Shown: positions 49,470 to 64,000 of the stretch, one piece after another
Position numbering within the stretch: the stretch's first letter is position 1
Layout: the number at the start of each line of letters is the position of its first letter
Assembly: GCF_009914755.1 (NCBI RefSeq)
Contig: NC_060941.1
DNA from: the human T2T-CHM13v2.0 reference genome, Homo sapiens
Length of the DNA: 64,000 bases
Strand: one strand, 5' to 3'
Notes under the pieces: generated by a model
The model's database searches: none
What the model saw: the letters and a program-made list of their open reading frames with translations, nothing else
What the model was told of the DNA's origin: nothing
Translations under genes and position numbers: made by a program

Positions 49470-49989
49470 AAAAAAATGCCATGTACTTTAGTGGGGAAAG
49501 TTTCGGAAGTGTTGCCTGTTAAAACTGCATAAATAAGACTGGGATATTAAAGTGTCAGAAAGAGAGAGCGAGAGTTATAGATGGAGCAGCCTGTTGGCAT
49601 TTTTCTGAGGATGTCTAGAATGGTGACTCCATAGTCCTCATTTAGTGGCTTAATTCAGACTTTTATTGCCCTCATGATCAAAAGAGTTCTGTGTCTAATA
49701 CTAACTTTTTGACCATTTCCTATCATTTGGTTCTCTTTTTCTTAATGTAAATACCATTATTGAACTTCATATAACACTTAGGAAGCTGCTGAAGATGACT
49801 GAAGTTTCTTAAAATGACTGTATAGATTTTTAGTCCTTTTAAAAATCAAAACCTGGAATTGTACAGTGTTTTAAGAAAACATTTTTAAAATTTACTATAA
49901 TGCATGCTGTTCAGATAATGATGAAAAGTTTAATATTAAAGCCATGTGTATTATAATCTGAGTCACACAACAAACCATAGGATAAATAA

Positions 49990-50633
<644 letters not shown>

Positions 50634-51573
50634 AACATTTTTAGTTTTAAGAAGTCATTTCTTATCTTTTTCTCTTTGTTACATTGTTAGTCTGATAACA
50701 CAGTGAGAACATCTTAACCTCAAATAAACACTGTTGAGTACTCTCAATGTTGGATACTTCAGTTTATAGTTTAATATGGCATCCAAGAGGAAAAAGAATT
50801 TAAAATCGAGGATGATTTATATATATACACTTTTTTCATCAGTCTATTCATTTTCTCATCTCATTTCTCGGGGTTTGGGTTTAAAAAACAATCAATTTTT
50901 TGAACTGTTTTGTAAAAAGTATTCACTAAAATTTAGCTCTCCTGAGGGGAGGTAATTTTACCATCTGATAGTTCTTTTATGTTTTGTCTCTGTTTACATA
51001 AAGTTCCTAATTCCTGTTCTCCAAAGATACTGCTTATATAGTCAAACTTGTAGAAGTTTTATTCCCTCACCCTCATAAAAATTCAATTAGTAATATGGAA
51101 CACCTTATTCCTCACTCTTTATTCTCTGGAGCTTTGCGACAAATAGGAGGTTAGCAGAAAAGAATTGTGACAAAATGAGAAAGGCTTAGAAGTGCATTTG
51201 GAAGCTAAGAATAATTAAACTGAACGAAATGAGACAAGAGTGTTGATTTACCTGTTGAAAAACTGCAAGCCTTGACAAAAGGTAAAATAATGTTTTATGG
51301 AAAACCTACCAAAGTAATGGGTCTGTTCTTTAGCCCTTTGAATAGTTTAAATAGCTGTGATTTCAGTTCAGTAGTTGGGTGAATGTTCAGGTTTGAGATG
51401 TCAAAATAATCTACTGAACATAAATATACGAGTTTGCAACACTTTTAGTGATAATTTTTCAGGAACATAGTAGGCTTATCAAATTTGCTGATCAGAGGAA
51501 GTCAAGAAGGATGGCTAACATAGTAGTTAACAGGTATTCAGAGAGCTGAATTTAGAGTCATCTTTAAGTTAGC

Positions 51574-51577
<4 letters not shown>

Positions 51578-51613
<36 letters not shown>

Positions 51614-52104
51614 ACAAGGTCTCACTGTCTTGAACTCCTGGACTCAAGTAATCTTCCCATCTTGGTCTCATGAGTAACTAGGGCTATGGGCATGTAACAC
51701 CAAGCCTGGCTAATTTTTTTATTTTAAAATATTTTGTGTAGAGACGAGATCTCTCTGTATTGCCCAGGCTGCTCTCAGACTTCTGGCCTCAAGTGATCCT
51801 CCTGCCTCTTTTCCCAAAGTGTTGGGATTATATAGGCTTGAGCCACTGCACCTGGTAGTTAGCAGACTATTTATTGAAGGCCTGTATACTAGGCTTTGAG
51901 TCCTGAGGGTAGACTGGGAACAAAATTAATATCATATGAAGCAGGTAAGACAGACATTTAACACATTATTTTTTAAAAAAAGTTTTTCAGGGATGGGGTC
52001 TCATTATGTTGCCTAGGCTGTCCTTGAACTCCTAGGCTCAAGCAGTCCTCTTGACTCAGCCTCCCAAGTAGCTGGGACTACAGGTATATGCCACTGGGCC
52101 TGGC
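51578..52104 (-). mobile_element. AluJ-like with a T30 tail (51578-51855) and a FLAM (about 51985-52104)
   Basis: Alu motifs. Confidence 0.85.
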
Positions 52105-54703
52105 TTAAACAAATCATTTTAAATGTGCAGTCTTTTAAGATAGTCTACCTAGATTCACATTCTGCTGTTTTTTATTGGCCATGTGCCTTTCGGCAAATTG
52201 CTTTACTGCTTTGTGTCTCAGCTTTCTCTTCTATAACATAGGGGTTATAATGGTACCTATCTTAGGTTCTTATGAAAATTAAATGTGATAATGTGTATAA
52301 AATGCTACAGTGGCTTGCCTGTAGTCAACACTCAATAAATATTAGCTGTTTTAATTGTTATCTCTTAGCACTTTCCATCTTTGTTTTATGGAGAAAAACA
52401 GTGATTAATTAGAAAATCCTAATTTAACCTAGTCCAAATTATAAGGTCAAGGAAGCTTCCTTGACATAATTCCTACCCGGGAGAAACTTATACTTGAATA
52501 TTTATAAACAAATTGCAATAAAGATATATAAATACAGATAAGTACAGAATGGTTACTGTGGGAAGATATAGATGGGATACCAAGGGCCTCAGTTTGTACA
52601 ATTCTGATGTGACAATGTTTACATTATGTTATGAATGGTACCCCCCTGCAGTTGGCAGTGTAGTTTTTTTCTAGGCAGTGTAGGCCTGATTAGGGGAGTG
52701 ATATTTGAGTTAAATTTTGATGATGACAGGGGATGAGGGAGAAGGGCAGCTCAAGCAGAGGGAATTTCATGTACAAAGTCAGTGAATAAGAGATGGCAGT
52801 GTTTGGGGACCTGGAATTGGTTCATTATGGTTAGAATGTAGGATGAATGTGATCGCTAAGAGATGAGAACAAGAGGTTGGATTATGAAGGACCCTTTTTG
52901 CTTTATTAATACCTTGAGATTTTATCTGAATCTGGGAAGCTATTGAATGACTTAAATGATTAAAATGATCAGATTTATTTTTAGAAGGTGGCTCAGGCAA
53001 TACTAAGAAGAATGGTTTGGAGTAGGAACAGGTCTAGAAGCTGGGAGAAGGTAGTTGTAGTAGTCTAGGTGAATGTTCCTCCTAGTGTGGACCCAAACTT
53101 TATTACAAATTGGCAGTGATAAATAAAAACATTTCTCCTTATCCCATAACTTGCTTGAGGCTCATTACTAGATATTTAGAAACTTTCATGGCAGTTTGAC
53201 ATGGTTCATGGTATATAACCTTTGTTGGGCCTTCAGTGTTCTCTAGCAAGTCTTAGACTTGTCTCAAGTCAGCTCATTTCTCCACTGCTCACACAGCTAT
53301 TTCTAACCACTACCACTTTCCTCAAGTTCCTACTCCACCTCTTCCTCAGTTTCTACAGATGACTTCATTCCCCTATTTCACAGAGAAGATAAAGCCAAGG
53401 GATGCAGGAACTGGGTAACTTCCTGTTACACCCACAGACGAAGTTATGTCAACGTAGCTTTCCTTTACTTTTCAGTCTCCAGATCCTGTTCTCTTCCAGT
53501 TTTTCCAGAGGCTTTACTCCACTATTATCTTCTTTCAGGTGTTCAACCTCTGCCCCTCTCCCTTTCCTCTTACCCTGTAAACTTACTGAAACCTCATCCC
53601 TAAATTCAACCCTCATCCTCTAGATTACCAGTCTAACCTCTTTCTTTCCCTTCGCAGCCAAGGTCCTTGAAAATGTAGTTGTCCATCACTGTCTCTGCCT
53701 CTTCATCTTTCATTTATTCACAGTCCACTGTGCAGTCATTTCTACATATACCATATACCATACAGCCCAAACTGCTCTGACAAATACATGACCTGTTATT
53801 AACTAGCAGTTAAGTACCAAATCCAGTGGGCACATTTCAGTCCTTACGATTTATGTTGCATGTACTAATAGTTTGTTCTTGTTCATTGTATTAATATATC
53901 ACAACTTTAAAACCCTCTTCACCTGTTGATGGACATTTAGGTTGTTTGCAGTTTTTGGTTATTACAAATAAAATTGGAATGAATATTCATTTACAATATT
54001 TCTGTGGACATAGGCTTTCATTTCTCTTGGGTAAATACCTAGGAGTGGAATGACTGGTTCAAATTATATGTTCAAGCTTAAAAGAAACTACCAAACTGTT
54101 TTCCAAAGCAATCGCAATTTGCATTCCCACCAACAAGGTATAAAAGTTCCAGTTGCTTGTGAGCATTTGGTGATATCCAATTTTTTCTTCCTAATTTTAG
54201 CCATTTTAATAGGTATGTAATACTGTTTATAGTGGTTTTGCATTTCCCTAATAACTCAAGATGTTGAGCATCTTTTCAAGTGCTTATTAGCTGTCTCTGT
54301 ATCCTTTTTTGTAAAGTATCTATTCAAGCCTTTGCCCATATTTTAATTGGGTGGCTTTCTTAATAGTAGGTTTTGAATGATCTTTACATATTCCGGATAT
54401 AAATCCTCTTTCAGATACGTGATTTGCAAATATTTTCTCCCAGTCTGTAGTTCCTTTTTAAAAAAATTCTCCTGAGTGTCTTTTGCAATACAAACATTTT
54501 AATTTTGGTGAAGTCCAGTTGATCCACTTTTTCTTTTCAGATCATAACTTTTGGTGTTAAATCTAGAAACTCTTTGCCTGACCCAGGTCATGAAGAATTC
54601 TGCGTTTTCTTCTAAAAGTTGTATAGTTTAATGGTTTACACTGAAGTCTGTATTTCATGTTTGGGTTAGTTTTTGTACTAGATGTGAAGTTTAGGTAGAC
54701 CTT

Positions 54704-55632
<929 letters not shown>

Positions 55633-55736
55633 TTATACTTTTCTCATAAAATTAATTGGCCATAGTTGTGTGTCTCATTTCTTCTTTAACCTATAGATTG
55701 CTTAGAAGTGTGTTTTTAATTTTCTTTTTTTCTTTT

Positions 55737-55835
55737 TAGTCAAGTGCAGTAGTCAGAAGGGGGAAAGAGTAAAATAAGGAGTTGTATTTGGAACTGACTG
55801 AACAATCAAGGGAACTTAATATCTTCAGATGATCC
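55737..55835 (-). pseudogene. Y RNA (RNY1-like) retropseudogene
   Basis: tagtcaagtgcagtagtcagaagggggaaagagt...ctgactgaacaatcaa is the reverse complement of hY1 as recalled; T-rich tail 55725-55736; perfect 14-nt TSD tgtttttaattttc (55711-55724, 55836-55849). Confidence 0.9.
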
Positions 55836-56079
55836 TGTTTTTAATTTTCAAAAATGATATTTGTTTTTAGGTTACTATCTTGTGATATAATTTTGTTGTG
55901 ATTAGAATATGTGGTTTGCGTGATTGATACCATTTTGGGGGGGAATTTGTTGAGATTTACCTTGTGGCCTTGTATGTGATCACTATTTATAAATATCCTT
56001 TTGTTTTTAAAACGTATATTTATTCTGCAGTTGATTAATGTTTTGTATATGTCCACTAAAGTTTGCTAATTGTATTTTA

Positions 56080-56383
56080 ATTTTTAAAATTTTTTCTATT
56101 TTTTAGAGACAAGATCTCTTTCTGTTGCCCAAGCTAGAATGCAATGGCATGATCATAGCTCACTGTAACCTCAAACTTGTGAGTTCAAGTGATCCCCTGC
56201 TGCAGCCTTCAGAGTAGCTGGGACTATAGGCATGTGCCACCACACCAGGCTAATTTTTAAAATTTTTATAGAGATGGGATCTCACTATGTTGCCCAAGCT
56301 GGTCTTGAACTCCTGGGCTCAAGCGATCCTCACGCCTCAGCCTCCCAATGTGCTGGAATTACAGGTGTAAGCCACACACCTAG
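56080..56383 (-). mobile_element. AluJ-like
   Basis: Antisense Alu. Confidence 0.9.
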
Positions 56384-57361
56384 CCTTTTTTGATGTGTTT
56401 CTACTATAGTAAGTACCACCCAATCAAGATACAGAACATTTTATCACCCCAGAAAGTTCACTCAAGTAAATTCTACCATGCATCCCCCTCCCCCTGCCCT
56501 AGGCAGCCACTTTTTTGGTTTCTGTCATCTTTGATTAGTTTTGCTTGTTCTTAGATTTTATATAGATAGAATCTTACAATATGTATGTACTCTTATGTGC
56601 GAGGCTTCTTTCACTCTACATAATGTTTTTGCAATTCATCTATGTTGCTTGCACATATCAGTGTTTTTTTCTCTTTATTACTGAATCATATGTCAGTGTA
56701 TGAATATAGCACAGTTTGTTTATCCATCCTTCTGTTCCTTCCAGTTTTAGACTATTCTTACATAAGTCTTTTTATGGATATAAGTTTTTATTTCTCTAAG
56801 GATAAATATCTAGGGATGGAATTGCTGGGTTGTAGAGTACATATATATTTAACTTTATTAAGATTGCCAAAGCAGTTTTCCAAAGTGGCTTTACCAGTTT
56901 GTACTACTACCAGCAAAGATGAGAGTTCTAACCCACTTGCAAATCCTTGCAAAATTTGATGGTCTTTGAATGTAGCCATTTTAGTGGGTGTGAAGTAGTA
57001 TCTCATTTTAGTTTTAATTTGCATTACCATGATGGCTAATGATGTTTGCCACATTTTCATGTATTTATTGGCTGTTGGCATGTCTTTTTTTTTCCTGAAA
57101 ATTCTGTTGAAGTTTTCCACCCATTTAAATGATTGGTTTGTCATTATTATTATTATACTGTAGGAGTCTTATTTCTTTTTCTGAATACCAGCCTTTTGAC
57201 AGATCAATCTATTGTATTTTCTCCTACTCTGTAACTTACCTTTTCATTTTGTAAATGATGTCTTTTGATGAACAGAAAATTCTATTTTGAGAAGTTAAGT
57301 TTATCAACTTTTTCTTTTATTATTAGTACATTTTTTGGTTCAGTATAAGAAATCTTTGTCT

Positions 57362-58057
<696 letters not shown>

Positions 58058-58121
58058 CTGAAATTAATTTTTGTATATGGACTAAGATAAGGGTTTGAGG
58101 CATTTTTGTTGTTTTGTTTTT

Positions 58122-58207
58122 TAAAATACTAATTTTAAAGTAAAATATTAATTTTAAAGTAAAATACTAATTTTAAAGTAAAACACTATTCTAAAATACT
58201 AATTTTA
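58122..58207. repeat. 19-bp AT-rich minisatellite
   Basis: taaaata(c/t)taattttaaag x3 plus partial units. Confidence 0.85.
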
Positions 58208-58388
58208 CCTATTCTCACAACATCCTTCTTTAAGAAGATTTTTTCACCCTTATTGAATAGCCTTGCTCCACTGTGGAAAATCAATTGACTATATAAATAT
58301 AGTGAAATTCTAAGCTTTTCTGTTTCATTAGTCTTTTGGTCTAGTCTTATGTTAATGCCACACTGTCTTTATATACTGTAGCTTTAGA

Positions 58389-58603
58389 GCAGGATTTTTC
58401 CATCTCAGCACTATTGACATTTTGGGCCTGATAGTTCTTTGCTGTGGGAGGGTCTCCTATGTATTATAGGATGTTCAGCATCATCCCTTGCCTCCACCAC
58501 TAAATGCTAGTGGCCACTCAGTAGGTGTGATAATCAAAAAATGTCTACAGACAGTACCAAATGTCCCCTAGGGAACAAAGTCACCCTCAGTTGAGAAACA
58601 CTA
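58389..58603. mobile_element. MER20 (hAT-Charlie)
   Basis: ctcagcactattgacattttgggcctgata...aaatgtcccctagggaacaaag...gttgagaaacact. Confidence 0.85.
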
Positions 58604-59719
58604 TTTTAAAGTAACTCTTGAAGTCAGATAGCGTAAGTCTTCCAACTTACTTGTTTTAATTCAAGATTATTTTGGCTACTCTAGAAGCTTTGTGTTTTCA
58701 TATCATTACAGAATTAGCTTGTCAGTTTCTTTAAAAATCTGTTGGGATATTTATTGGAAGATGTCAACTCTGTAGATCAAATAGAAGAGAATTTTTAAGA
58801 AAGTTGAGTGTTCCATTCCATGAACATGGTATAGCTCTCCACTTTTTTTTTTTTTTTTTTAACAGCCTTTGTCAACCACTCTGATCTCCATTTATTATAG
58901 TCTTTAATTTCTCTTGGCAGTGTTTGGGAGCTTGCATTTTAGAGGCCTTGCACATGTTTAGTTTATCACTAAGTATTTAATATTTTTCGATGCCATTGGA
59001 AATGGTATTTTTATTTTCAGTTTCACTGTCCAATGTCATTGACTAGTTGTAGGCACTCCTGTCCTGCCTTCAACCTTACATTCACTTAAGGCACCATGTT
59101 ACTTGAGGGCGATCCCTCTCAGCAATCCTGCTGTATCCTACGTGAAGGCTTCATCAGAAAGAATTGGCAGAACAGGTCTGGAGAGCCTCAGGTTTTAATT
59201 AATTAAGTCAAATATCTTCAGCCAATGAAAGGTTGCTAAAAGATTATTTTGGTTTCTCTTGCCCTGCTTTCAGCATGCAGTTTACTCTTCTTTCCACTGT
59301 GACCCAGGGATGAAAAGGGCTTGGAGTGTTTTCTCTCTTAGCAAGGGCTTCTCTTTCTCTGGAGTTTAGTTCATTTACGTTCTTTGAGTTCTCAGCTTTC
59401 TTGTATACAACCACCCAACTAACCAACCAACCACCCAACAAAAAGTATGATTTCATTGCTTATCTAACCTTTTCTCCTTGTTATGCAAAGTGTCATATTT
59501 CTGTGTTCTAACTGGAAGTGGTTAACCAGTTTTCTTTGTTCTGTGTTTTGGTAGATGTTTTAACTTCTTTTTTATTTTTTTATTTTCAGCATTTCTGTTC
59601 TTATATTTTATATGTCTCTGATATACAGCATACATTTAAATTCAGCTTTTTAATCTAGTCTGACAATCTTTTAAGGGAAACACTTAATTCATTTCCATCA
59701 ATTGTGCTTACTGATCTTC

Positions 59720-59960
59720 TTTCTTCTTCTTTTTCTTTTTTTTTTTTTTTTGAGACAGGGTTTTGCTTGGTCACCCAGGCTGGAGTGCAGATGTGCGGTT
59801 ACGGCTCACTGCAGCCTCCACCTGCTGTGCTCAAGCAATCCTCCAACTTCAGCCTCCCAAGGGGCTGGGACCACAGTCACATGCCACCACGCCCAACTAA
59901 TTTTTAAAAACTTTTTGTAGAGACAGGGTCTCACTGTGTTGCCCAGGCTGGTCTCAGACT
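59720..59960 (-). mobile_element. Partial AluJ-like
   Basis: Antisense Alu lacking its 5' end. Confidence 0.85.
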
Positions 59961-61655
59961 GCCGAGATGAGTGCGCTGATCTTTTTAAATTTGTCCCTAC
60001 CACCTTATTTATATATTTCTTATGTTCTGCTTTTCATATTTTTCTCTTTATTTGCCTTCTTTTGAATTGCTTGAGATTTTCCACCCCTTATTTGTAAGTT
60101 TCATACCTTATTTTGTTCTTTCAGTTGCCCTTGAAATTTTAGTATGCATGTTTAAATTCCATGGGTAATAAATATTGTTTATTTTCGAATCTGCCTGGTC
60201 CGTTTTAATAGTCTCCTATTCTGTCATACTTGTTCCCCCTTTTATATTTTTTCAAATACATTAAAAATATTTTATGTTTGCATCTGATAATACTCTTATC
60301 TGCTGTCTTTGTTGGTCTAATACATTGGCTCTTACTTGTAGGTGCTTGTTTCTTTGGTGATTTTGTAAAATTGTGAGCCCATGACATTAGAACTTTATTT
60401 TTTGTGATTTTTTTGAAGCAGGGTATTAGATTTTTTTTTTTCCAGAGATGATGTGAGTATCTAGTAGTACCACCTACTTTTAAGTAAATTTTTGACTTGA
60501 GTTTTTCAGGCCACACCACTAGTTTGAATTTTAGTCACAAAGGGTGCAGACTTACTAAGAATTCACAGTGGAGACATATTTCTGTTTTACTCTTCTACCA
60601 AGAACCAAAGCCAATAAAGACCCTTATTCTCATTATCGCCCTCTGCAGAATGAGCTTTTACCTATTTCACTTACTAAGGATGCAGACTTTTGGGAGGCTT
60701 CTAGCATATTTGTAAAGGTATAGTTAATCCAGTCTCCTGGGAAGGGCCCCAGGTGGCCTCCTGTCATCTCAGCAAGTAGCCCATTAAAACCTAGGCTTTT
60801 GTCCACCGAGGATTGGCCAGTAACTCCAGGGAAAACTGTCTATAATGTTACTCACCTTTGTGAATGTATATTTCTTTCTTGTTTCTGCTCTCCAGGAATT
60901 TCTTTGCTTCCCTCTCAAGGTTAACCATGTATTTTATCCAGCATCTTTAGATGCTTTTCCATCTAATTTACTTTTATTCTATACTCATATCTTTAGGAAT
61001 TACCTCTAGCTCTTTTTGAAATGTGGCAAGGGGAAAAATAAAGTCCATAATCGGTCCTGTCTCCCAGTTTAGAATGTCTTTTCCTATTTCAACTGTGATA
61101 AATTCATCCTCCTCTTCACTCACTTCAGATGTTCTTCTCTTTAGGTATTCTCCCCATCTGGCTCAACTCCTACCCCTATATATACCCCCGGTAGAATGAA
61201 TTACTCTTTTACGTTTGTTTCTATACTTCTTTATATATATATCTTTCTTAAAGGAGAGGTATCCCTGTAGACACAAAGATAGAGACTGAATTCTATTTAT
61301 TTCTATGTTCCTAGCATGTAATATGCATTCACTAAAGTTTGTTGAATTGAGTTTTCAAAGTCTTTATAACCAACTCTTGAAATTTTAAGCTTCTAGCTAG
61401 GACTGTTATAACTTAATTTGCTAGTTTTAGAAAATAACTTTTAAAGCAATTAAAGCTTATTCAACACGTTGAAGATAAAATAATTTTATTTGGTATTTGG
61501 TAAATTCCTTGGGCTAGTCCTATTTAAGGATGGATTAAAATATGATAGAAGTGTTATCTTACAATCTCCAGATGGGCTGGGGTGATGTAATTTTGGAGCA
61601 AATGAACATTCACATCCCAATTCTAAATCTGAGCTCATTTTAAAATTATACACTT

Positions 61656-61756
61656 GCGGGATGATCTGTGCCACAAACCATGACACACATTTGCCTATGT
61701 AACAAACCTGCACATCCTGCACATGTACCCCTGAACTTAAAAGTTGGAGAAAAAAA
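61656..61756 (+). mobile_element. Severely 5'-truncated L1P 3' end (about 100 nt)
   Basis: cctatgtaacaaacctgcacatcctgcacatgtacccctgaacttaaaag; TSD aaaatta(ta/cg)cactt at 61642-61655 and 61753-61766. Confidence 0.85.
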
Positions 61757-62345
61757 TTACGCACTTTGTATCTGTAACATCAAGGGGAATTTTTGCCTTT
61801 GGGTTACTATTTTTAAAAAATTTTTTTAAATGGATACAGTGATAGATTTTAGAGCATAACAGTTACAAATGGAGAGGTTTCCTAAATGACCTTGATTACT
61901 TTGTGTGTGTTGGGGTAGGGGGTTGAGGAGGTTGTTTTTCTCCTGTTGCCTGAATTTAAATGTTTTTTCTATGGTGAATTACATAATTATTTCGTGGCCA
62001 TTATATATTTGTCCTGCAGTTTTTTATTATTTTTTTACGAAAAGAGATCTAAGGGCCTTTAGGTGTCCATTGGCAAAGCTGATTTTATAAATATGTGTTT
62101 CTTTTGCCTAGCATCTTTTCACATATTTGAAGATATATAGATGGGAAAAGAGCAGTAGGATGAAAAAGGGAGGTGAGAAGAATTCTTCGTAGAGAGCAAA
62201 AACAGGTGAGGAAAGCAACTAGTGTAGCGGTTGGGATGACTTAACAATAGAGGGAAGGCACAGGTCAGAGAAGAAGGCAAGAGGAGGTGCCAACACCCGA
62301 GGTTGGGAGGTGGACACCAAGCTGGCTCATGATGAAACAAGCTGG

Positions 62346-62502
62346 CGTATTTCACTTGTAAATGTTTTTATAATATGCACTTTTCATTTTAACATCTCCA
62401 AAATTAGGATGTTTCTTACAATTGTTTGCTTTTTATTTTTGTTAGTACATAAAATAATGGCACATTTACCATTAGTGGCATTTTACAGTTAATGAAATAT
62501 GG
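62346..62502. mobile_element. MER104-like (TcMar-Tc2) element
   Basis: TIR-like cgtatttca / tgaaatatgg; internal cattttaacatctc and gtacataaaataatgg. Confidence 0.6.
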
Positions 62503-63614
62503 TATAATTTTACATTGCTCACAAGGAGTATTGGCTGTGTTAGCCTGCTAGTTTACATTATGTGATCTGGCAGACAAATCAGTTTTTAAAAACATTCAGA
62601 AACAGACTCAGCATTCAGGTGATTTGGACAACTGATTGATGTTATTCCAAAAGAAACCTCTCTCTAAGGTGATTCGTGTGAAACTAGCAACTTCTTTTTG
62701 TAAAAGGTCTGCCACTGGATAGGCTGTGTTTGCAGTTGCCACAAATTCTGAATCAAAGGCAAGTAATCATTAGGTGGAAATCAAAGTAACCTTTCTCTAC
62801 CCCTGTGATTTGAGGGGCTATTTCCCTGAAGCATGTGCAAATTATTTGTTAGGCAAGAACAACTTGTATGGCAACTTCTTAGCATTGCTTAGACAACATC
62901 TCTGTACAGTTTGTGCCTCAGGTTCATCTCTGTTTTGTATTCTTGAGTCTCTTTGGAATTTTGACACAGCAATTGAGCTCTCAGACTTACTTATTTTACA
63001 AAATTGGGCATTTGAGTAAAAAGTGCCTCAACTTAAAAACTGTTCTTAAGTTTTCTTCTTTTGCTTTGGCTACTATAAAGCCCAGAGTCAAATGTGCACC
63101 CTCCTCAGTTAAGGGATGTAGAGTTTCTTAGCTTATGTTTTGGGTACAGACCACTTTCTCGGTCCCTTCACCCCCACTTCATAAGCTTCCTACCCATTTT
63201 TTCCCCCTTCCTCAAACCCTTATTCCTCCTCTTCCCGCACCCTTTAATCTTACACTGTATGCTTCTGTCTTAGCTACCTCCCGTCTGTTTTGGAATGGGG
63301 TGGGATATAGATAAAAGCTAAAAACGTCAACAGATAAAATCTATCTTTAAAAAACATTTACCCATACAGTGAAAAAAGCACATTGAAATGGTGAAGTGAA
63401 AAGCCCAGTTTTGTTGTCCTTTTTTTGTATATGTCTTAAATGAGGTGAGTTGTTTTGAGGAAAGGCGAATTTTGCTTTGCCAACATTTGTGATGGCTTTA
63501 GTGTGTTGGAGCTAAAAAGGATTGTGAGCTCTTTCAAGTTACTTCTAATTTAGAGACACTAGATTTTTAAAGAAAAGGATAATTAAAAATTTGGATAACT
63601 TTAAAAGATGGAGT

Positions 63615-63961
63615 TACTGTCAAAATACCAAAGACTAGGTAGCTTATAAACAACAAAAGTTTATTTCTCACAATTCTGGAGACTAGGAAGTCCAAGATCA
63701 AAGCTTCTGCAGATTTGGTGGCTGGTGAGGGCCCATTTCCTGGTTCATAGATGATACATTCTCAATGTGTTCTCATCTGATGGAAAGCAGAAGGCAGGTC
63801 TTTGGGGCCTCTTTTATAAACGGCACTAATCCCATTCATGAGGGCTTCACCTTCATGATATAATCACCTCTCCCAAGGTCCCACTTCCTAATACCATCAT
63901 ATTGGTGATTAGGATTTCAACATACAAATTTTCAGGGGACTCACACATTCAGTCCAAAGCA
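63615..63961 (-). mobile_element. MLT1A-like MaLR solo LTR
   Basis: tttatttctcacaattctggagactaggaagtccaagatcaa...ggcactaatcccattcatgagggc...cattcagtccaaagca. Confidence 0.85.
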
Positions 63962-64000
63962 GTTCCTGTTGATTAGCTGAAATAATGTGACAGAGCTGTA

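Overview
Primate (very probably human, chr17q11.2) genomic DNA, dense in Alu, L1, L2, MIR and MER elements. It holds about 28 kb of upstream sequence, the CpG-island promoter and first coding exon of NLK (Nemo-like kinase, + strand, CDS 30277-30734, His/Ala-rich N-terminus through the kinase Gly-rich loop), and the first 33 kb of its long intron 1. No other intact protein-coding exon is supported; nearly all other ORFs in the track are Alu/L1 translations or chance frames. I found no new multi-gene system. The most interesting signals are: (1) a retrocopy that begins at the 5' end of snoRNA SNORA70 and continues through a retained intron remnant into spliced RPL10 3' exons; (2) a vault RNA (VTRNA2-1/nc886-like) retrocopy and a Y1 RNA retrocopy in NLK intron 1; (3) a Ricksha DNA-transposon end carrying retroposition hallmarks; (4) a twin-primed L1PA; and (5) candidate NLK regulatory features, namely four tiny uORFs, alternative start codons, an upstream splice donor, a possible poison exon and an in-frame alternative last exon that would give a kinase-less product. 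Family assignments come from remembered consensus sequences, not database searches, and repeat boundaries are approximate.
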